A DNA stretch of 64,000 nucleotides from Azolla caroliniana (Eukaryota; Plantae; Polypodiophyta). Each line of letters begins with the position of its first letter. Position 1 is the first letter of the stretch. The stretch lies in the NCBI GenBank assembly GCA_043228905.1, contig JBHGNT010000012.1:17050001-17114000 (forward strand), written 5' to 3'. The notes beneath the pieces are model-generated. The model had not been told where the DNA came from, made no database searches, and saw only the letters and a list, made by a program, of their open reading frames with translations. Below are positions 37,992 to 49,734 of the stretch, one piece after another. Position numbers and translations under genes: made by a program.

Positions 37992-38980
37992 CACCATCTT
38001 TATAGATCCCAGATCTTCAACTCTGTAAGATGAAAATCATTTTCCGTCGGGGGTTAGGTGGAATGACACTCCCGAATCGACCACCCATGTTGATTCATCG
38101 CCAACAAGGTTCACTTCATTTTGCTCATTGATGAGCAACAACTCCTCCTCACTTGTCTTGATCGTCGAGGTGCTCTTGTTTTCCGATATCTTCTTCGTCT
38201 ACACATTATCGGTTCCTACCTTTTCCTTTTGGAGGTGTAGGAAATTCTTTTGAAAGTGCCCCGACTTGCCGCAATAAAAGCACGTGGGCCTTCCCCTCGA
38301 CTTTGACCTTGTCCCCAACTTATCTCGATTCTGGGGACTTCGATTTCGGCCTCTTCCTCCATTCATGTCACTTTCCGTGACTAAGGTCTTTGGGTCAGCA
38401 ATGGACTTCCTGTCCTTGCGGCGAGCTTCATCGTTTAGTAAGCTCGACTTCACCTACTCTAGGGATAGATGCTTCCTTTCTGGTCTGGCGTTGCCCAAAG
38501 TGAGAACGAGCGTCTCCTAGCTATCCAGATGAGATCCCAACAACAACAGTGCTAATACCTTGTCGAAAAGAGGTACTTCTAGAGAGGTGGTTTGATTCAT
38601 TAGTCCTTGGAAGGCATTAATATGCTCCGCCATGTTGGTACCGTCTTGATACCAGAGTCGCATGATTTTTCTGAAAACTGAGACTCTGTTCATGGTGTTC
38701 TGTTCTCAAACTTTACGCCAATATTCTTCCGAAGGATGTCAACACTTGTCTCTTCATCAAAGTTGTTGTATAGACTCATGTCTATAAAACACCTTATGTA
38801 TGTTGCCGCCTTCAAATGCAACACTTCCCAAGTCGATGCATCGATTTTTTCTGGCTTGGTCTTGTCATATTGCACCGACAATCACAGGTCTTTGCACACG
38901 AGCATATCCCGCATCTTCGACTTCCACACTGAGTAGTTGGAGCCGGTTAACTTGAACATTCCATCGAAATGTTCGTCCAT
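37992..38980 (-). pseudogene. gag: Family H copia gag-protease
   Basis: KSSLLNDEARR, CFYCGKSGHF and WVVDSG.SFH. Degenerate iMet PBS at 38982-38993. Confidence 0.88.
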
Positions 38981-38995
38981 CACTCTGATTCCACT

Positions 38996-39557
38996 TGTCT
39001 AGATCGTAACCATCCACAACTGGTTTCCCGTATACGAAATCGGGTGCAAGGAACAAGTCGACAATACACAGACAAAACAGAAAATAGAGAACAGAGACAC
39101 AAAATGTTTAACGTGGAAAACCCAAAAGGGAAAAAACCACGGGGGTCCAGAAACCACAAGAAAACGAATCACTAAGTGTATGGAGAGGAGTACAAGGAGA
39201 CTCGCAGGCAGCAACCTCGAGCTCGTCTTCGTCTAACAGACGACGGTAGAGTTACTACTCTCTCTCTCTCTCTCTCTCTTACTAGTTATAGAGGCAACAA
39301 GCTCGTCATTCAGTATACAATAATGATCAACTACTAATGATTCACCCCATAGCCATAAAGTTTGGCCTAGTTGTATTTATACTAATACAACTTTCTGGGC
39401 TATTTACAAATATGGCTCACTGGGGTACATTAAGACAAGTTACAAAATTAGTCTCTCGAATTGGTTATTAAATAGATTTTTCGATTTTCGAATTACTCAT
39501 CGACTCCATCCAATTTGACTCTCGCTCTTCCCATCTGGAGGGACTTTTTTCCCAACA
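38996..39557 (-). repeat. Family H 5' LTR
   Basis: Homologous to 26519-27083 and adjacent to the PBS. Confidence 0.85.
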
Positions 39558-40939
39558 AAGCGCTCGAGTGGGAAATGGCTATTTCCCAATGTGTGAAAAC
39601 ATCCACAATTGAAGAAGTCGATTTAGGAACAATCAACGACCCTAGGATGATTAACATCCGAAGGAGTTGGCGTCGACTGAGAAATCAACGATGATAGATC
39701 TATTAAAAGAATACAAAGACGTATTCGTATGGTCATATAGTGATATGTATGGCCTCAATCCTAGGTTCTATCCGCATCAAATACATCTCCATACAAATAC
39801 AAAACCAGTACAATAGAGGTGGTATGAACCCAAACTATGCGGCTACAATGAAGGAAGAAATCGACAAGATGCTCCAAGCCGGTTTCATTCGGCCGGTGAA
39901 ACAAGCCACATGGCTTAGTCCAATTGTGGTAGTGTTGAAGAAGAACGACCAAAATCCGATTTGCGTCAACTACCGGAAACTCAACACTACCACCATCACA
40001 AAGGCTTTCCCCCGCTTTTTACTGATGGCATATTGGATGCTGTTGCAGGCCACGAAATCTACAACTTCCTGAACGGGTTTAGTGACTACCACCAAATTCG
40101 GATGCACCTGGACGACTAGGTGGAGACATCTTTTGTCACGGTGTCGTGAAGAATTTCGGCCAGAGGCGGAAACCGGGAAACATTGGCTACATCGGCGGGG
40201 TGCAGTGTGTGTACGCACCCATGTACATTTAGTGTGAATATCGAGGGCGCCTTTATGGCGCCGAAGAGTAGTCAGGACCAGGCAGACGATCCCATGGAAG
40301 GCGGGATTTGTCCCACATTGTAACGCATCCCCTTCCTTGTTCTATAAAAGGAAGGGAACGCCCTTTGGAAAAGGGTTGCCCATTTTGCATTAGAGGGTAT
40401 ACCGTTAGGTTTAGAGTTAGTTTCTTGATCTTCTCCTTCGTGTTCGCTTAGGGTTTGTTGCAGCTTATCTCCTGTGCAAGACCCCGCTCGGTGCGACGAG
40501 CCCGAGAGCTCCCCGACGGCGGCTTGACAGCAGATGACTATTGTAACCTACCTCAGCTTGGCTCGACGCCGGGAATGTATTCTTCTATTTATATATATAT
40601 ATATATATACGTTTGTCTGTGTATATTCGCGTCGTTGTTGGCGTCGGGTGCTTAACCTCTCCTGCGTTTTCTTTACATAAGGCGTGAGTCGGGTTGGGCT
40701 GTGTGAGCGTGTGCGTGTGCGTGTGCATGTGTGCGTGAGTCGGTGTTAAGCACGCTCTCTCTCTCTCTCCCTTCGGGGGCTTCCGGGGTGCTTTCGGGAT
40801 GCCCCAGAAACAGTGAAGCACGACTTCCTACGCTCCGTCTCTCCCTAGTCCAAGACCCCCGTGGTCCCGCCTTTCTCCACGCACGCGCGTAACAACGCGA
40901 CATCTTTGGTGAACCCGATCTGAAAGGCGGCAAGGGAGG

Positions 40940-42220
40940 ATGGAGTCGGAAGGCGACGACCTTGCGGAGATGGTGGCCGAAGTGGTGTTGGAGTCGGCAC
41001 GAGTGGTGATGAGGCGAGAAGCAGCGCAACAGGCGGTTGAGCGAGTGGTCGAAAGAGTCGGCCGTTTCAACGGGGACAAAGTCCCATCTTACTTGGAGGA
41101 GCGTGGCGTAGATGAGGCGTTGAGGCTGGAGTTCTTCTGTCGGGTCGTGGCTGTCCGGATGCATGCGGAAATAAAGGAGCTCCGTGAGGCTCATAGTTCG
41201 TGGGAGGCCTTCGAAGAGGCGCTCCTGAAGGCATACGGAGGACGGCGGAAGAGCCGGGGACGACATGACTTTGACCAGTGGGTAGCATCGGCAAAGACCC
41301 ACCGGGGCGCGACCAAGGCGTTCCGAGAGTTCGAGCGACGGCTTGCTCGGCTCCTGGAGCGGGAACAAGGTTTGGTGGGGGCGGACAAAGTCCTTTTGTT
41401 CGTCAGGTCGATCGACCGAGCGGAACGGGAAGCCATCGGGATTGAGCTCGAAGATGATGACGGAGCGAATGGGCTTACGGAGGACTGGTCAAAGGTCGGA
41501 AGTGTGTGCCAACGGCTAGACAACGAGCGAGCCGAGAAGGCTAAGAGGAAGGTACGCGACGGCGTGCCATCACAGCGGGAAGAGGCCGAACGGCAAAGAG
41601 AGTCGGCAAGGGTCGGCGTTGGGGCCAGGATTGCGGAGGTGTACGCAGCGCTCAAAGCGATGCTCGAGGAAGAGGGAGGATCGAGGCCAGAAGCTGAGAC
41701 CGAGGAAACGGACTTGCCCCACGCAACGGCGGAAGATCGGTACGGCGGTATCACGGGAGAGGGTGTGGAACAAAACGCACTCTCGGCTTGCGGAGATAGA
41801 ATGGCCAAGGACGAGGCCAAGATACAGATCGCGGAACCAGAACGTTGGGACCAGCGGTTTCGGGCATGTCAGCCCGAGATCCCGGTCATTGAAGAAGCAA
41901 GCCCAGACGGGGCTTGCGCGATCAGTAAGAAGTCGACCACCGACCACGGAGAGCCGGTGGCTACGGACAAGGGCGTAAAACGGACGGGCGATTCCTTGTG
42001 TCTTCCCACACTTGCTCCCGAGACGATGGCAATCGGGCCCGAGTGCCCACGTGAGTCCCAAGCGGAGGAAGGCGGTGGTGAAGGGCCAAGAATCACCGGC
42101 GAGACGATACGGGGAAGGAGTGGACGAAAGCCCACGGACCCGATTCCGGAGAACTCGGCATTTGGGCCCGTATGCCCATATAAGACCGAGGAGATGGATG
42201 GCGGTACCGAGGAGTCCTAG
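40940..42220 (+). CDS. gag: Gag-like protein with a low-complexity C-terminal extension (426 aa)
   Basis: VGRFNGDKV, VLLFVRSID...GLTEDWSKV align by eye to family A gag (IGRFSGKDA, VLLFVKSVD...GLTTDWAAV). Confidence 0.8.
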   Translation: MESEGDDLAEMVAEVVLESARVVMRREAAQQAVERVVERVGRFNGDKVPSYLEERGVDEALRLEFFCRVVAVRMHAEIKELREAHSSWEAFEEALLKAYGGRRKSRGRHDFDQWVASAKTHRGATKAFREFERRLARLLEREQGLVGADKVLLFVRSIDRAEREAIGIELEDDDGANGLTEDWSKVGSVCQRLDNERAEKAKRKVRDGVPSQREEAERQRESARVGVGARIAEVYAALKAMLEEEGGSRPEAETEETDLPHATAEDRYGGITGEGVEQNALSACGDRMAKDEAKIQIAEPERWDQRFRACQPEIPVIEEASPDGACAISKKSTTDHGEPVATDKGVKRTGDSLCLPTLAPETMAIGPECPRESQAEEGGGEGPRITGETIRGRSGRKPTDPIPENSAFGPVCPYKTEEMDGGTEES

Positions 42221-42602
42221 CACGATGCCAGCGAAGACGGATGGGAAACGCCCTGTGGGAAGGCCGAGGACGGACACGACACGTGGAGATCGGCATTCCG
42301 ATAAGGGTGGAGTGTGATCCGGTCGTGGGTCGTTCGATCGAGGCCGGGCTCGGCCTAAAGGCGCCGATACGGGAAGGGGTGCGGGACGAGCCGCCCTCTT
42401 TTACATGGGGAGAAAGACCGATCGGGCGAAGGTCGAGATTATGAACGAGAATGAAAGCCGGTCCTATGGGATTCCTTACACCGAACCGGCTGCAGGCCCG
42501 AGTGCCGGCGTGAGTCCTATAAGAGAGATCGGTGGCGACAGGAGAACGGGACTCGGAAATCCGAAAAAGGACGACCCGGGACAGGGTCAAGAAGGCGACG
42601 AA

Positions 42603-43137
42603 GGTCTACGGAGGATCCTTCACACCGGTTCTAGAGACTTCGGCGGTCAGCAACGCGGCCGACGTAAGACCAAGATACTGACGGTGGCGGCGAGGTGACG
42701 AAGGCAAGGGCTACGGATGGGCGGTCTACGGAGGATCCTTCACACCGGTTCTAGAGACTTCGGCGGTCGGCAACGCGGCCAACGTAAGACCAAGATACTG
42801 ACGGTGGCGGCGAGGTGACGAAGACAATGGGCGTAGGGAAGTCCGGTCCTGCGAGATCCCCACACTTAACTAGAGACTCCGGCAGTTCGGCCAACGTGGC
42901 AACATGAGACCGAGAGAGAAGGTTGGTGGCAGCGGGAAATGGGACCCGACTACGCGGACGACACGAGGAGAGTCCGGGAGGGACTCAAACAAAAGACACC
43001 CTAGTTTCGGCAAGCATAGAAACAGAGTCCGGTCCTATGGGACCCTCACACCGATCCGGAGACTCCGGCAGTTCGGCCAACGTGGCAACGTGAGACTGAG
43101 GGAGAAGGACGGTGGCAGCAGGGAACGGGACCCGACG
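42603..43137 (+). repeat. Internal tandem duplications of element I (~120-bp pair and a related ~110-bp pair)
   Basis: GGTCTACGGAGGATCCTTCACACC...GAGGTGACGAAG at 42603 and 42723. GAGACTCCGGCAGTTCGGCCAACGTGGCAAC at ~42873 and ~43060. Confidence 0.85.
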
Positions 43138-45081
43138 ACACGAGGTATCGGAAGAAGCCGGTAGGGGTGAACACGGGGAGGTGTGTCAGGCCGGAAAGGC
43201 ACACCTTGGACAGAACAAGAGTCTCGCAAGTGGCCATCGCGGGCCGGATCGAAGCGTGACTACGGGACGGTGTTCGGCACGGGCGGGCCGAACGAAGGAA
43301 GTGGAAGACTCAAGACCTATCGCGGCAGCACGAAGACGGGGAGGGCCAAGCGGGCTACTACGGGGTGTTCCTCGGATGCAAAGGACATCGGTATGCGGGT
43401 GAGCGGCGATGCACGATCTGCCTGGGAAGGGGGCCGACGAGGCGTGCAATGAACCGGAGTACGGCACAGGCGGTGCCAAACAACGGACGAGGGTATGTGG
43501 CACATGGAGGTGCCGGAGCGGAAAGGTGAGCGCGGAGATAGGTTGCACGGTTCGGAGGTATCGCGGAGAAGACCGGAAAGGGATCCTCCACACTGTTCCG
43601 GAGACCATGGCGGTTCGAGCCGACACGGCGATGTAAGACCATGGAGAAGGAAGGTGGCGGCGAAAGGACGAAGCCAACTCGAAACAACATCAGGACATCA
43701 CGGTTGGTCAATGGGGGCCAAGCGGGCCACTACGGGCATGCCTCAAGCGGAGGACATCGGGCCTACGGCGGGAAGCAGGGCGTTCATATGGCCGAACAAG
43801 GGCCAACGGAAGTACGCGTACTACGGAGATCGCGGCAGAGGACCCATCAACGGGTCGAACGAGCCTACGGGGAGACGAGCGCGAAGGAAGACTCGGAGCC
43901 GACGGATCAAACCGGCAGCGAGCCGAGATGCGGATCACGGGAGACCGGTTTCTCACCGGCCGAAATCTCTCACCCTTCAACCAGATTTGGCACGTACCGG
44001 TGGACGTGCAGTTAGGTGGGGGCGGATGTCATGAAGAATTTCGGCCAGAGGCGGAAACCGGGAAACATTGGCTACATCGGCGGGGTGCAGTGTGTGTACG
44101 CATCCATCTACATTTAGTGTGAATATCGAGGGCGCCTTTATGGCGCTGAAGAGTAGTCAGGACCAGGCAGACGATCCCATGGAAGGCGGGATTTGTCCCA
44201 CATTGTAACGCATCCCCTTCCTTGTTCTATAAAAGGAAGGGAACACCCTTTGGAAAAGGGTTGCCCATTTTGCATTAGAGGGTATATCGTTAGGTTTAGA
44301 GTTAGTTTCTTGATCTTCTCCTTCGTGTTCGCTTAGGGTTTGTTGCAGCTTATCTCCTGTGCAAGACCCCACTCGACGCGACGAGCCCGAGAGCTCCCCG
44401 ACGACGGCTTGACAGCAGACGACTATTGTAACCTACCTCAGCCCAGCTCGACGCCGGGAATGTATTCTTCTATTTATATATATATATATATATATATACG
44501 TTTGTCTGTGTATATTCGCGTCGTTGTTGGCGTTGAGTGGTTAACCTCTCCTGCATTTTCTGTACATAAGGCGTGAGTCGGGTTGGGTTGTGTGAGCGTG
44601 TGCGTGTGCGTGTGCGTGTGCGTGTGTGCGTGAGTCTGTGTTAAGCACGCTCTCTCTCTCTCTCCCTTCGGGGGCTTCCGGGATGCCCCAGAAACAGTGA
44701 AGCACGACTTCCTACGCTCCGTCTCTCCCTAGTCCAAGACCCCCGTGGTCCCGCCTTTCTCCACGCACGCGCGTAACAACGCGACAACGGAATGGGGTGT
44801 TTTTGCGGCAGTAGTCATGATGTTTAGTCTATAAACAGCGCCGACAACATTCCAGCGGATCATCGTGGAAATATTTGGCGATTACATTATAACATTTATG
44901 CAGGTCTTTTTAAATGATTTTGTTGTATATAGCCGATGACTCGAACATCTAGAGCACCTCCGCCTTTGCTTGGATAGATGTTGCGCAACTTGTCTAAGCT
45001 TGAATCCCACGAAATGTGCCTTTGGTGTTGCCAACATAGCGTTACTAGGTCATATCGTCAGTGGGGAAGGCATCGTGGTTG

Positions 45082-45595
45082 TGTTGTCTCCTTCTCGAGG
45101 ATACACCTTCGATTACTCCCCTGAGCAATCAGGTCAAGGGATTGTGGTTATGTAGGATGGTACAATAGGGCCGAGTATGCCGATCAACTATACGATAACA
45201 AGCCACAACTGGTATTCTACTTACGACTTAAGAGTAGCCGAATCGACAATACAAATTACAGAATAGACACAGAGATGATCCAATAAGTATGTGTATTGAT
45301 TATGGAATAAAATCGATTACAAGGCAACATAGGCCATTTATATTAGTCACTCTCTCTCTTATATCATAAAATATGCATATATATTTGTTCCCCTTTTCCT
45401 TTTATTGTTCCACGATTTATATAGCCTTTGTCCTCCAACTACTTCCCCTAATTCACGACCTTTATTCTCAGTTGCATATATTTCGTTCTCCTTCCTCAGT
45501 TATGAGTGCTCGACCGATTCCCTTTTTACCTACTCGACCTAGTCATCTCTTTAGATTCATTTCACACCTTGTGTCCTTTTGTCCTACGGATAACA
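45082..45595 (-). repeat. Lone LTR (family J) without a TSD
   Basis: TGTTGTC...GATAACA inverted termini, a TATA-like box on the minus strand, and unmatched flanks GGTTG / CCTGG. Confidence 0.65.
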
Positions 45596-45628
45596 CCTGG
45601 CATGCCCCTGGGACAGTGCCTTGCACAT

Positions 45629-47829
45629 TGTCGTGAAGATTTTCGGCAACGGTGTGAAAATTGCATGGAACATACAAAATCAAGTGTGTTTTTTCACACA
45701 CGATATGAAACAATAGTAAGAAGAAACTATTTTAGATTAGTTTAATATCTTGGTACGAAAAGATGGATGTCTTCAAGAGCTTCCGAATGCATTTTACTAT
45801 ATATTAAATGGACAACTAAGTGTCAAGTTATGTGAATGTGAAGTTTGAGAAGAAGAAGAGGAAAACAAACATAGATAGGACAACATTAGGATCCCAGAGT
45901 ATATAAGCAGACCCATACCTCTTTATATTATATTTATGTGTTTGGAGCACAAAAAGGTTGGGTTTTATAACTTAGATGAATGGATGTGACCATAGATTGA
46001 CATATTCGCATTCGTGGGGGTTACCATACAAATACATACGAATATGCATAAGAATACATGAAAAAATGTTCGTTAAAAAAAAGAAAAAAAAAGAGTTCCT
46101 ACTTTTTAGTTTGTAATATGTATCATATAACAAAGAGACTTTCACATTAAATATGGGATATTTAACTTGACATTAAAAAGGAGGCTTACACTAAATAATA
46201 TTTTTATACAATAAATGGAAAACTTAAAAGTTAAAAGTATTTGTTTTATTTTTAATAAATATAAAAAAATAAAAAATAAAAAATAAAAGGTTCATTAATT
46301 TCCCACTTTACTCTCCCACAAAAATCGATATTTTTATTTTTTATTAAAAGGGAACCTCATACTAATAATATTTTTATAATATATATAAAACTTAAATGTA
46401 TTTATTTTATTTTTTAATGAAACGAAAAATAAATAAATATATGTAAATAAATAAACTAAATAAAAGGTTCCCATAAATTTCATATTTTTATTTCACATTA
46501 AAAAGGGGAACTCACACTAATAATATTTTTATAATATTTAGCAAACTTAGATGTATATGTTTTAATTTTTAATAAAACAAAAAATGAATAAAATATATGT
46601 AAATAAATAGAATAAATAAAAGGTTCTCACAAAATTTTATATTTTTATCTCAAGTTAAAAAGGGGACCTCACACTAATAATATTCTTATAATAGATCAAA
46701 AACTTTAAAGTATTTGTTTTATTTTTAATAAAAAAATAAAAAATAAAAAAAGGTTCATTAATTCCCCACTTTTTACTCTCTTGACATTAAAAAAGGGACC
46801 TTAGGCTAATAATATTTTTATATATAATATATAATTTTAAAAAAAATAATAAATAAATAAACGAATGGTTCTGTAATATTCTTGGGGTCATTTTGTATTC
46901 TCGAATTTTATGGATGTCGAATATTACGAATTTCACGCATGGGTCAATCTATGGATGTGACCAAACTTCCTAGATGAACGGATGCGGCAAAGTTGATCAA
47001 ATTGGCTTTTGGACGGATCCGGACGGCCGACACGAGACCGGATCGGATGTGGACCGGACTGGTAGGGTCGGACGGGACAAGACCAGACATGGATCAAACG
47101 GACAGATCGAATGGGTCAGTTGGATAGCTTGATCACGATGCATAGTGTTGTGAAGATTTTCGGTGTGAAACGAAGAAAATCGTCTATGGGTTCCATCGGT
47201 TCTTTGGAGGTCAACTAAAGGTGTAATATGCAGTTAAACATTTGTAAATACAAGGCTAAAGCCTTGTAAAATTTTGTGCTTACGACGAGGAGTAAGTAAG
47301 AATTTGAACCTTACACCTCCTAGATAAGAGCCAAAAGACTTACCACTAAGCCAAGTCATGGCTTTAGAGTGTTGCTTTTATCATTGTAGTTTTCATATGT
47401 AAAATCTCATACATGAGGGTTTCGATGAGTGACATGGTCATCATGCATCAGAAGTGATGCATGAATGCCAAATAGCAAACATGCATCGCATGCATTCCAT
47501 GCGTTGTATGCATGTCTTGTACCTTCACATGCATCATATGCATGCCCGGGGCATCTATAAAAGAGTGGAGGAATCTAGCAAGCAGGGGGGACGAATGAAG
47601 AAATTGGAAAAATAAGGAAACTTGTTATCCTATTGATGATGTATCTTCGCCCTCAAATCTAAAGTCAAGGGTTCAATCTTTATCTCAATCTCTCTCTCTC
47701 CATATCAATCTCTCTCAATCTATCTTAAATAATTTCTCGCTAAAGCTAGTGCAAACTTCGAATCCTTCTGGTCCAGGACCTCGGCGGTTCTGCCTCATGA
47801 TCCGCACATAGTGACGGATTTTCACGACA
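45629..47829. mobile_element. Element K: non-coding insertion with family A-like TGTCGTGAA termini at both ends
   Basis: TGTCGTGAAGAT... / ...ATTTTCACGACA. Flanks ACAT / ACGT. Internal copy of the left terminus at 47146. LTR-like TATA and (CT)n at 47550-47720. Confidence 0.75.
46171..46860. repeat. Degenerate AT-rich tandem repeat (~130-170 bp, 5 units) inside K
   Basis: Motif TTAAAAAGGG..CTCACACTAATAATATTTTTATA at about 46171, 46343, 46496, 46654 and 46785. Confidence 0.8.
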
Positions 47830-49734
47830 ACGTCGAACCCAAAAAACAAAATCGCTCCAAAATATCAAAATCGAGAAGTTGTGAAAGTTGTTATGTTGAA
47901 AGAGCTGAAAAATGCTACTGTACACTCAGTCTTCTTCAAAAATTGATGTGATGCCCTCCGATTGCTCTGATTCCCCCGGTTTGAGATCTTCCCTTTACTT
48001 TGTCGGCACTTGAGTCGCCTCCTCCTGTTTTAGCTCGTCTGTCTGTAGCTCGGTCAACAAATCGAGCTATTGTTCTGTAATTTCCGTCGTGATTTCCATA
48101 GCCCCTTTGTCCTTCTTTGTCTCCGTGGTTTGTTCAACCACTTGTTGCCTTTCTGGTCTCAGGCGCGGCCCCTCTTCTTCTTTCAGCTCCTAGGATTCTT
48201 CTTCTTTCTGCTACTGGAGTGCGTCCTTGGTCATTTGACCTGGTGAGGCCTGTGGTGCGGCTTCTGCTTCCTTTTCAGCTCAGAGGCATTCACGTTCATA
48301 GCCTTCTGTTTCAATGATGAGCAATAGTTGATCATTGTTAAATTCTTCGAGGAGGTTTCCAATGGCCGTGGTGCGTTTTTGGGCCAAGGCGTGGAATTCC
48401 TTGGTGAGGTTTTCGCGAAGGATCTAAATGCTGTTTTTGTCCATTTTATAAAATCCATGACATTCTTTTCTTCAGTTTTCAGCATTCGCTTGGAAGACCT
48501 GTAACTCGGCTGCTTGAGCCGACCATTCATTCCATCCGTGAGCGGGTGCTTCGTCAACTTTTTGATTCAGCTTTAGCCGGTGCTTCGCCACTAGTGCCTT
48601 CACTCGGGTTTGTTGAGAATTGAACTCAACTTCCCAGAGAGATAATGTTCACACTAGTCAGTGGACATCATACTAGGCTAGTTTTGTAATTAGTAGAAAG
48701 GGCGTTTGCCCTTAGATCAGTTGGATGTAATTTATCTTTTTACTAATACAACTTTTTGTTCAAGCTCTCCCTCTCTCTCTCTTTGTCTTGGCTTACGAGC
48801 ACTCTCTCTCACACACACATAGCTCGCTTCCATTACACAACACCACCTACGTCTCTCACTATGTACAGGGTTTTGCCCATTTCATATTTGGCACAGAGGG
48901 TGTCCAGTTCTTCTTTGGCAGTTGCGGCTTCCCGTTTGAGCTTGGCTTTGAGGATCTCGCACGATACGGAAACTCCAACGAGCTTTTCCTCCATCTCCTT
49001 CGTATGTAGGTCGTAACGTCGGAGGAGTCAATCTGAATTATCCGCTAACTCCTGCAGATATTGGTCACGCTGTTGTTTGAGTTCTAGTGTCACGGAGATT
49101 TTCAATTGGTGGAGGGACTCTGATAATGTATTTTTCTCCTACTCAACTTCGTCTAACATTTGAAGGTGCCAACTGGAGCGAATTTGGAGTTCCGAGAGTT
49201 CGTTTTGTAGAGTTGGAAGTTCTTCGGATTGTCGACTGTATGCCCTTTGATGCTCTTCCTCAACTTCGACTAATTTTGCTGTTGATGCCTCGTTTGCCGC
49301 CTGAAGGGCCGACGTGACATTTTCTTTAGTTTCCCGGAGCTTGGCCGTCTGTGCATCAAGCCGTTCTTTCAATTCGGCTTCACGTTTTGCTGCGTGCTCC
49401 CGGAGTTGGTCGGCTTCTGCTTTGGCCACGAGCTCCTCTTCGTGGTTGGGTGGAGAGATCTCGGTCGTTTTGGTGGCCAACACTGAGTAAGTTGTGTCCT
49501 TGGTTTGTGTGGACACATCCACATGGTTGGTAATAGGGGGTGGAAGGGTGAGATTCTTTGCTTGCTCATTTTCTTTGAGGTGTTGCTGAAGCTCGGCTCT
49601 CTGGCATTCCGAAGCCTGCCACAGTTCTGTAGTCGTCTTGGCTTGTTTGTGCGCATGTTTGCTACTGACCACCATATCTTTAGCTGTGCGGGTCTTCTTG
49701 TCCAGTTCTTAGTAAACTTTGACCAGGCCTGTGT
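47830..49734 (-). mobile_element. Family E-type 3' region (copy E3) with decayed, E/K/Q/A-rich extra ORF
   Basis: ORF 49139-49675 (EELVAKAEADQLREHAAKREAELKERLDAQTAKLRE). Contiguous across element C with 63223-63354, which is homologous to E1 12510-12570. Confidence 0.6.

Larger units (their letters stand above)
40142..44786 (+). mobile_element. Element I: complete non-autonomous gag-only LTR retrotransposon related to family A
   Basis: LTRs 40142-40902 and 44027-44786, TSD ACGG, PBS TGGTGAACCCGA (40907-40918) and the same PPT as family A. No PR/RT/RH/INT motifs found. Confidence 0.92.
39558..45081 (+). pseudogene. pol: Family E (copy E2) RT region, interrupted by element I at 40142-44786
   Basis: EALEWEMAISQ, WLSPIVVV, and FVT|EWGVF rejoined across the ACGG TSD. 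Confidence 0.88.

Noticed and set aside
40590-40770. (TA)n, (GTGTGC)n and (CT)n microsatellites
   Set aside because: Ordinary components of LTRs, duplicated in the partner LTR.
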